Assembly: GCA_028023455.1 (NCBI GenBank)
Contig: JAQFVV010000003.1
Location: forward strand, 2,728,001 to 2,792,000
Reading direction: 5' to 3'
Source of the DNA: Epiperipatus broadwayi
Lineage: Eukaryota; Animalia; Onychophora
Length of the DNA: 64,000 nt
The notes under the pieces are model-generated. The model did not search any database and was not told where the DNA came from. It worked only from the letters and a program-made list of their open reading frames with translations. The position numbers and the translations under genes are program-made. Numbering within the stretch: the stretch's first letter is position 1; each line of letters starts with the position of its first letter. Shown here piece after piece: positions 54,590-64,000 of the stretch.

Positions 54590-55090
54590 TCATAAAAAAA
54601 GTCTTGGATTAAACAAATCTGATTTTGTTTTTAAGGGCATACTTCTATATTTGAATACACTTTCCAATTTTTTTGCTACTATTTCATACTATGTTAACCT
54701 ATGATAAACTTATTGACCAAATAATTCTTTAATTATTGACAATCACTTAAACTTTTATTACCATTTTTGAATTAATCTACTAATTCTGTCATCCTTACAT
54801 TTATTTTTTATTTATATTTTACTAAAATCCCAATTTTTCACTTTATTTTTTCAACTTCTCCATGATAGATGGTTCCAGTATACTAAAAATTATTAGTGTT
54901 TCTTTCACATTCATTTTTATTTAATTAATTCATATAGTTGTAGCTCCTAATCTTCTACATAGATTACTCACAAGAACAGTACAATGTTTTGGTATATCTA
55001 CTTTCCAAAAATATACTTTAATTTATTATAATCAAATGATTAAATGTTTCTCAATAAAATATAGAGAGAGTTCTTTCAATTATCTAACCT
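54590..55090 (-). mobile_element. Decayed RTE-like RT fragment
   Basis: The minus strand has SEKLGF.. and LESVFKYRSMPLKTKSDLFN-like remnants. Confidence 0.4.
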
Positions 55091-56314
55091 ACATGTATTT
55101 GTAGGTTTTTAAAAATCATTTTATTTGTACATTTGATAGTTCTTCTTTATTACTTTATAATTTCCAAAACAATTGGATTTGCATGTAAATAAAAACATAC
55201 AGTTTTCACATTCTGACAAAGCTCTCTTTTGGTATAGGAATAAAAACTAATGTTTTCTAATCTGGAGGGTATTGTGTAGCTTTTCAAATTAATGGGTACA
55301 ATATAGTCAATACTTCTATTGATTGCATTCTAATTTAAAATTTTTCTCTTTCAAAAACAAATTTATTGCACATTTAGACCAAAAAAATACAGACTGAACA
55401 GTATAAAACAAGCAAGGAAAAAAAAGATATATTTGAGTTGATATTTGCACAAGAAACATTTGTGACTTGTTTGTTGTTTCAAAAATAAATCATAGAAACA
55501 TAAGTTCTCTGAAGTTCATTATCTTTGTCCCCCAGTTCCAACATCTATTTGTGGTAAATGCAACAGGGAAGATTAAAATAAGATGCTGTTAATAGGTAAT
55601 ATTAGTATTCATATTTCAGTTTTATGAAATGATGTAAGATATATTTTGTTGGATTTGATTGGCATTGTATCTTATTTAGATGATTTTTAACTTGAAGTCA
55701 AATTTTTGAAACAAAAGTTTTATTGCTTTTGATTTTTGGCAGAAATCTTAAGATAATCTGATCTTAAATTTTATTGTTGAAATTTTTTCAGTAAATGTAT
55801 TTCTCAAAGAGATCTTAGTTTATAATTTTGAGAAATTGATCTTCTGTATATTACTTCCATTTTCATTTTGATATTGTTGTTGTATCTAAAATTTGTTATT
55901 TGAAATTTTTCAGTATATCTTCTGGTGATTGAAACTTCTCACAAATTTCTGAAAGATAACTCGTTTGTCAATGTTTGTTCCCATTTTCAGTGATATAACA
56001 TTGTTTTTTATCTTACTTGAACACTTTTTGTAAGTTCCTATTCAATTCCCAAATTTTTTTATCCTTTTTAACTTTGGCTTCTCTTTTCTTTATCATTATT
56101 ACTGTAACTTCTGATATTTTTTTTGTATTGTTTTTTCAATCTTATGTAAATATTTCTCAGATTTATTTTTAATCACTTTTTCACTCTCATTCATGATTGG
56201 CAGTTTTTTTTTTATTTCACTCAAAATTTATTTATGATGATTTATAATTTGTACTACAATCTATTTTCTACTGATTATTAATAATTTTTATTAGTTGTTT
56301 ATTAGACTAGAGAT

Positions 56315-56612
56315 TATCCAGTACTGAATAATATTTCTGTAGTGTAATTTTCACTACATCACTCTCACACAAGGTAGGGACTGATTTCTATTCACTTTTA
56401 ACAGCTTGTGAAAGGGATATAATATAAACATATGGCTAAAGATGTATGAAATTGATGTATAATCTCCAAGATGTGCATTTCATGCTGAACCAGTATTCAT
56501 CAATGTACCCAGACCACTATCTCTTAAGCATATCTTTATCATTGTTCAATATACTTGTGTGAGAGTGATATAGTGAAAATTACACTACAGAAATATTATT
56601 CATTATTGGATA
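56315..56612 (-). mobile_element. Family 1-related element: 59-bp inverted arms enclosing a decayed HHR
   Basis: Arms 56315-56373 and 56554-56612. The minus strand reads gagatagtggtctgggtacaTTGATGAatactggttcagcatGAAAtgcacatcttgg (about 56465-56523). Confidence 0.75.
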
Positions 56613-57988
56613 CTACTAATCATATTTTTTTTGGTATTAAAAGTGAAGTCTTTCATCATTAGGTATCAAAATGCAATCAACTGACGATATCTTTATAGTA
56701 TCCACATTTGGCTGTTTTGAAAAGATATTGCCAATTTTTAAAAAAAAATCATTTCTGGTTTCAAATCCATAATTATTAATACTATTTCTTTCTATTTTTA
56801 ACTTTGATGTTCTAATCACCAATCAATCACTAAAAGTATATCTTTTTTTAAAATTTTATCAGTTTCTATATGATCCTATTGTAACATTTTTTAACTCTGT
56901 ATAATTTAGTGCAATAATAGACTGGCAAATTCTGGAACTTAAGGTCCCAAAATATTGGCTCCAGATTTGCCACTTCTGGTGCTCAAACTTTTTATAAATT
57001 CTTGAGGAATATTTTTATATTTTAAAATATTTTGTTCAATTGCTTGAGTTTTGGATATAATCTGCATTATAGTAATAAAATAGATTCACAAAATTTCATC
57101 TTGAAATATTTATCTTCAAAATGAAAGTCATATTATTATATTTGGCATAAATAGCAGGCAGCATTGCTGCTGTGGTTTAATGCAGTAGTATAATGGCAGA
57201 CTTTGGAGTACAAGGCTCAGACACTATACTAGCTTCGTGAATTTCAATACTCAAACTTCTTATAAACTCTATGCAAAAAAGACATTCGATTATTTATTTA
57301 TTTATGGATAGTACATGCTCTTGATCTAAAATATCCAAATTCATCTTGTTTTGATAATCTTCCAGTTTTTCTTACTTTAATAATCTTTTGATGTTAGTGT
57401 GTAGTTGGCCCATTTTTACCTTTATCATATCCATGTTTGCTTAGTTCATCAGCTTCCCATTTCAGGTTTCAGTTATGATCTTGCAGTTTTGAATTTTTCT
57501 TTCTCACAAAACTACTTCAGCAACCAAATGTTTAAATTGTTTAAATACAGTTGTGTTATCCATAACTCTCTCTCAATTATATATTGAGTGCTTTCAGATT
57601 TAAAGGTGTTACCTTTAGCCACTGTAGCTCTACTTTTATTTGTCATAGTAAAAATGTATGGTTGCTTTCTTCTGTGAAATTTGAAGTGATGTTTATCTGT
57701 TGACATAGGCGTGATACTTTCGTTAATATGACCTTGCATCATAGAATATCATTAATAAGAATACCTATTATACAAACATTTCTATTATCTATAAAAAAAA
57801 AATAAAAAAAATTTAAATGATCACCTTTTAGAATAAAGAAATAAGTTTATACCCACATTTACAAACAAAATGAAAAGAAAAACATTTAATAAATACCTAT
57901 AAATAAATAATTTTAATAGTAATAAGCGAACTTTTTTTCCTCTATCTTAGAAGAGTTTGTTTCCAATGAGGGAATAAAAGATCTAATC

Positions 57989-58101
57989 TTTTTTTTTTTT
58001 TTAAGTGTCATAGCATCGGCCGGGACGCGAACCCGCAACCCGGGCAACTGCCTGCAAGTGCAAGGCAGTCGCGCTGACCTCTCTACTACCAAATGCAAGA
58101 C
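57989..58101 (-). mobile_element. Second copy of the tRNA-Gly(UCC)-derived SINE with poly(A) tail
   Basis: Differs from 16463-16565 at only a few positions; about A14 tail at 57989-58002; no clear TSD. Confidence 0.9.
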
Positions 58102-59234
58102 TATCTGAATTCACAAATCTGAAGAGATTCGGAAACCAAGAATTTTGGATTAATGGTGCTTTATCCATATTAATAATGAAATATTAAAAACATAAACAAA
58201 GAAAAGATGCAAAGCAAAATAAAAGTACTATATGGAAAAAGTATAAATTCTCCTTATAAAGACAGAAAAAATGAAATTCATATTTTAGAACAAAATGTTT
58301 TTAACACTAACTAGTTATGAACTCAAGAACTTTATTATTTAAAATACAGCAATTTTTAGAAAATATTTCTTTGATTATTGTTGATTGTCTTAGTTTATTT
58401 TCAGTTATGTTGGATTACATTCAAATATCAGACTTTCAAGCTAAACACGGCGCTAGATAAAATAATTGCTTAGTTATGTTGCATGTAAATGTTGAACAAT
58501 CTGCTGAAAAGTGTAAATTTGATAATTACAAAAAAAATTTTACAAACAAATAGATAATATAAAAATACTGTATATATACTTCATATAAATGATTTCGCCT
58601 GCTTACTCTTTTAAATATTTTTTAAAAAAAATTATTTTTTTTAATCTGTAAAGGCTTCTTCACTTTGAAATATTAATTTGTTTCTATTATCAATACAGTT
58701 CATTAGAAAAGTATTTCAGTTCATTTCTTGAACTAACATCATGCAATATTCCCATCAATCTTTATTCTTTGTATTTTCTCTCTGTTTTTGAAATAAACGA
58801 GTGCTTTAGAATCAATTAAGCTACAAAGGTAGTTATAGTGATAAACTAATGGATCGGCAGTCTATAACAGATAATATTATGACAGCGTTGCGTGTGTGCG
58901 GGCGTAAATTAATGTTTATTTAAAACCATGCTGTAAAAGTTTCATTAATAAGGAATAAAAATTCCTTTTGCCAATTTTTGCTTTGAAAAAGTTATCAAAT
59001 ATTTTTTAACAAAATATTATACATGTAATTAGTATTGAGACGCTTAACTACATGCATAGCGATTTAAGAATTTAGAATACAAAGTTTGATTGTTTGATTA
59101 ATAGATGGTGTGTATTTGTTTATTATATTAACTTTGTCTTGGTTAACTTATTCAAAACTTAGTACAAAATGTTAAATATTGAGAATCTGTTTAAATTATA
59201 TAAAATTATAATTTATTGTTTGTAGAAAGTGCTA

Positions 59235-59340
59235 AGAGAGTAAAAGTAAATGGAGATTATTTAAGTCATCTACATTTTCCGGATGACGTTATTGTTTCAG
59301 CAAACAACGCTATAGAGCTTCAGAAAATGTCGCAAGAATT
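59235..59340 (+). mobile_element. Short RTE RT fragment
   Basis: VKVNGDYLSHLHFPDDVIVSANNAIELQKM, homologous to 10660-10762. Confidence 0.85.
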
Positions 59341-59356
59341 GCTTTGAACGTTCCAT

Positions 59357-59650
59357 CATCAGATTTTCAATGAAATGGATGGCTGAAGAGTTGTGGGTTG
59401 GAGTAGTTTGAAGCCTGTCCATTAAAGTATGAAGATTGGCTATCTTAATATAAAGCTGAGCACTGATTATATATGTGTGTGGAGATAGTAATCTGAACCA
59501 ACTGATGATTGCTGGTTTAGCATGAAATACATATATTTGGTGATTATTTATCTTTTCAACATGTGTGTGATTAGGTGGGTCAGCAATATGAGATGGCTTG
59601 GAGAGTTGAGAGTTGTGTGAAAGTCTGAGTTCAAATCTCTTATATTACAT
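59357..59650 (+). mobile_element. Single full unit of HHR repeat family 2
   Basis: Colinear with the left arm at 34820-35110. HHR-like core CTGATGA 59502-59508, TGCT/AGCA, GAAA 59524-59527; GAGTTCAAATC at about 59627-59637. Confidence 0.85.
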
Positions 59651-59900
59651 TATATATGTGTAGGTGTGTTTATGCCTGTACAGTGTATTAATAGAGTTAA
59701 AGAAAAGTTATTTATGATTTTTTGTAATAACTCAAGTCATCAAATGTGATATTGTAAAATAAAAGTTGTAATATTAACATGATTTCATTAAAAATGTGTA
59801 TGAGTATATAAAAATACTTTAAATATGTTAATTTATAAGGAAATCTCCTAAAATTGCAAATCAATTTGAACTCAAAAAAAAAGATGACATGTGAATTACT

Positions 59901-60000
59901 AAAATATTGTATTGCAAAATTGTTATCAAGTGAAAAAGTGAGACTGCATTAAAATATTGTAACACAAAATTGTTATTAAGTGAAACAGGGAGACTGCATT
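59901..60000. repeat. 50-bp tandem duplication
   Basis: 59901-59950 vs 59951-60000, about 85% identical by eye. Confidence 0.9.
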
Positions 60001-61077
60001 GGATTTTTAATAGTGAACCACTCATCAGAAATTAGCTAAAATTTGATTGTGTATAAAATTCGTGTGTTACAAATACTATTTTATTCAATTAAATATTATT
60101 GAAATCAAAATGTAGATTCAAAATTAGGTATTATTAAGTGAATTTTGGTTTATAAATAGTTTTTCCTCACTTTAATGCTTAATTTAACATAATCTTGAAA
60201 TTTAAGAATTAACCTTTTAATGAATTATTTCTTTATCAAAGCTCACTCTATTACAGAGTAACTGGTTTCATATTAAATTTGGAAAAGAGATAAAAAAAAT
60301 TGTATATGGCATAAGGATTTTAAAATATATTTTATTTCATTTCATTCCATTTCAGCAATAAACCAAGATCTTATTTAGAAAAAATGAACTATTTCACATT
60401 AAATTTGGCAACTTTTCATAAAAAATATTGTCATCTTACTTTCCACTATAATGGAAAATTCTGCTATTTAATCTTGTTGTTTTCAAATCTGTCTTTTTAT
60501 TAGTTAAAAACAAAAGTACCCTTGTGATGTTTTGGTATTATTGGTTTTGTAGTGAGATCGATAGTCTCATTACATTCAACACAATAGGTATGTAATCTTA
60601 ATAATGTGTGCATATATATTTAAAGCATAAAAAAAAAAAATCCAGACGAAAGTTCAAGTGTAGAATGACTATATTGATTAATGAAATAATAATATTTTAA
60701 TGATATTTTAAATAATATAGAAATGAATAATACTAATTAGTTGGGATTTATAACTCACCTTTACTTTAAATTTCGTATATATAAGTTAAAGTCTATTTCT
60801 TTCCTATTAAATGTACTTTATCTATCTTTATATTCTATTTTACAGTAAACCGTGACTTCATAATATTTTTAATTTGTTGTTATTATTTAAATTCCAATTT
60901 TGAATTTCCATTTGATTTTTTAATTATGGTTAAAGAATAAAAAAAATTTTTAAATTTAAAACCCAGTATCTTTGAGATATCTCGATATTTTTTAAAAAAT
61001 TAAGTAGTGCAATTATTTATTCCTTGACCGTGACAATAAAACGTCGCGTGATAAAAAAGTTTATATAATAGTTTCAA

Positions 61078-62482
61078 TGTGATGTGATGCACTGTGACTT
61101 CTTCTTATACGAAGTCAGGAATCTCCCAGCAACTATGTCCAGAAAAACCTGTTAACCACTTTATCTTCCCTTTCCATTCCCCACCCTAAGTTTTCCCATA
61201 TCGTGCTCCATCCCATTTTCACAACATAATTTTTGTCAACTCCATGGCTTTTATATCTAAATCCCCCTTATCTTTTCCCAAACCCAACATAAAAATCAAT
61301 AACCCATTTTCTGTATAATCACTTTCTTTATATTTATTCTTCCATAACTTTATTTTTTATATCCTTTCTACTTTCAGGCATTTACATTCAATTAACAAAT
61401 ACCTAATATTTTCTATGCCTTCGTTACCGAACTTACAGACTAAATCACCCACATTTTTCCATTAAGTGTATAATCCCTTTTTGGTAAAGATCATATTTAA
61501 GCCTTAAACAGTAAACTACTTTCCTATCATAAAATAACTCGCATCCAATATTCCATTTACATTTATATAAATTTAAACTCTTTTTACTCTCCATATTAGT
61601 TCTCCATCTCTCCAACTCCCTATTCTTTATTAATGCATCTATTCTTCTATCCCATTCCTTACCATGATAACACTTAACAATTCTCCTAACACAATCATCC
61701 CACTTTTTGAACAAGTATACTATCATAAATTCTTTATCCAAATCTTCTGCACACTGCATTACCTTTCTCACTCATCTTGTTGCTTGCCCTTTACTTGTAA
61801 TCCAATTAAATACTATTTTGGCTATTCTTTTATTAACCATAAACTGCAATCTACCGAATATTTTCATTTTGCTTTTTGCATCCCTCATACAAAAACTTGA
61901 CCATCTCATTTCTTCTTGAATAGACTCTTTTTCCATCCACATATCTGGATCTAATGCATGTCTTCTTATTTCTCTTTGTACTTTTTCCAAGTAATCTAAT
62001 ACTCCTTTACTAACACATAATGCATTGTTACCATATGTTAACCCTGCTACTGCCACTCCCTTCCATACAATTCTAGCTATATTATATTTATTATATGAAA
62101 ACACTTAATTTCTTTATCAATCCTTTTTTTTTCTTTGCTTCATTTATCAATTTTTTCTCCCATTCATCCAAACAGTTTCTCTGATTACTTAATACAATTC
62201 CCAAATAGTTATATCTATTCACCACACTTAACTTTATATCCCCCAATAAAAATTCTTTGTCTTCTCTTTCCCCAGTATTAATCTTCATTATTTTGATTTT
62301 TCTTCACTAAACTTAATTACCATCTCTTTATTCACTCTTGCACATGTCCTCAGTATAACTTCCATATCTTCCCTTCTTTCTGCACATAAACGGCATCATC
62401 TGCAAATAAAAGACCTCTTAATGTATTTACTCCCTTGCCACCTATTAATGATATCTCTATCCCTCTTCCTAATCTTTCTATT

Positions 62483-62529
<47 letters not shown>

Positions 62530-62800
62530 CTCTCAAATACAACAAAAACAAAATAGGTGACATTGATGTAGGGCATCCTTGCCTTATTCCCACCCCATTT
62601 TTAACTTTAACTGATTTTATATTCTCTAATTGATAATGTATAGTAATTATTTTTATATAATTTCTTAATAATAGCCACTAAAGCTCCATCCATTCTCAAA
62701 TTTACTAAACTTACCCATAATCTATTTCTATTTATTCTATCATACGCCAATGTCATCATTTATAAAAGTGCTTCCCTCTTTTTTTTAATCACATGACTTT
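61078..62800 (-). mobile_element. Non-LTR retrotransposon RT remnant (clade not determined)
   Basis: Minus strand: YDRINRNRLW, GIRQGC..SPILFLLYL, LLFADDAV, YNYLG, VWKGVAVAGLTYGNNAL; possible (CATCA)n tail at about 61078-61090. Confidence 0.85.
62484..62524. repeat. (CT)n microsatellite inside the LINE RT
   Basis: Pure CT run between the QG/SP motif and FADD. Confidence 0.95.
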
Positions 62801-63606
62801 CTCTTAACATTTTTAGAAATTTTAGTATTTGCATAAGATCTTTTAAAATTTTTAAATTGACTTTCTACTATTTACTTTTATAATTATTAATTACCCACTG
62901 CAAAGTAAATTCTTATGAAGAAATTTTAGTACATCTAAAGATTACAAAAATTTACAGACAAAAATATTTTAGCCTATGGATTTACACATTAAGTAGGCTA
63001 CATAATTCTGTTGCAGATGAATTGATATTCTTAATCCATCTTTTGTGTGACTACCATTCATTAATTGTCTAATGGTTTATTAGCATCACTAGCACTACTA
63101 TCAGTTTTATATTTTTTTGATATGATTAGACTTTCATCTTGATTACTAAAATATTTTTTATTTGCCCTTTTTTTTTTTTTGATGCCAAAATTATTTACAA
63201 AGGGTGAAAGTGTGAATAAATTTTGGGTGGTGCACAGAATTCAAAAGGTTGAATGCCACTGATCTAATAGCATCATGTTTTTCTTGTATTATTACACTAT
63301 CACTTTTAGTTTTTTAAAAATAACTATAACATCATAGTGATATAAGAGGTTATCAAGTAGCATTATCAAGTAGCTTTAAATACTCTGTTGAAATCTGTTT
63401 GCCTCAGGGTAAAGAACTTTAACTGTGTGGAATAATCAAGCAACAATTATATTTATATAAAACTAAGATTTTACTTAATTAAGTATTTAAAAAAGGTACA
63501 TGAAATTTAATGTGTACGTTCAAAAAGAGTTACCTTTAAAACATATACAGTATACACTAAAAGGTAAAATAATAAAAATATATGTGATATTTAATTATAA
63601 AGTTTA

Positions 63607-64000
63607 GAAATTAAACTGAGAGACTGCAAAACTCTCAAGTGCTTATGACTATTAACATCCAATCAAATCGCAAGCACTGAGACAGAGAATTTGACAAGAA
63701 AAGGGTGGTTCCACCCTCTTCTTTACTTGTCTTTCTATATATCCAAGTCAGTCTAAAGTACTTAGATCTGAAAGTGTGAATCTTAAATATCTTCACACTC
63801 AACTCACTGAGTTCAAATTACAAACATACAGTGTGAAATCTTTCAATTTACTACGCAGTAGTTTTTCGATGTATGTAAATAATATTTATTTTATAAAGCG
63901 CAGACGATATTGAAATTAAACTGAGAGACTGCAAAACTCTCAAGCACTTATGACTATTAACATCCAATCAGATCACAAGCACTGAGACAGAGAATTTGAC
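63607..64000. repeat. 89-bp direct repeat with a 305-bp period, cut by the window edge
   Basis: 63607-63695 vs 63912-64000, with only a few substitutions. Confidence 0.92.

Noticed and set aside
60011-60028. Minus-strand CTGATGA-GTG-GTT-CAC
   Set aside because: Not followed by GAAA, and the flanks do not match families 1 or 2.
60240-60600. Candidate host exons with good splice signals (e.g. 60553-60587); similar cases at 1860-2030 and 36690-38520
   Set aside because: No recognisable protein, and splice-like signals are common in AT-rich DNA.

Overview
Very AT-rich, CpG-depleted eukaryotic (probably invertebrate) DNA. I could not identify any host gene with confidence, and the listed ORFs are TE fragments or AT-rich noise. 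Transposon content: a complete but decayed hAT (Tip100/ZMYM1-like) DNA transposon with TIRs and an 8-bp TSD (5898-8752), several RTE-type LINE remnants, another non-LTR RT (61078-62800), a decayed Penelope-like element (RT + GIY-YIG) bracketed by inverted pseudo-LTRs (25333-27970), and two copies of a young tRNA-Gly(UCC)-derived SINE. The most notable signal is about 15 type-I hammerhead ribozyme (HHR)-like motifs from about 5 repeat families. One looks catalytically intact (931-985) and has a palindromic dimer-type stem III. Most sit in fold-back (head-to-head inverted) insertions, several lie next to Pol III A/B-box-like sequence, and many appear inactivated by CpG decay. The window also holds an unusual number of young long palindromes. 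All calls come from reading the sequence by eye; no folding, alignment or database search was run.
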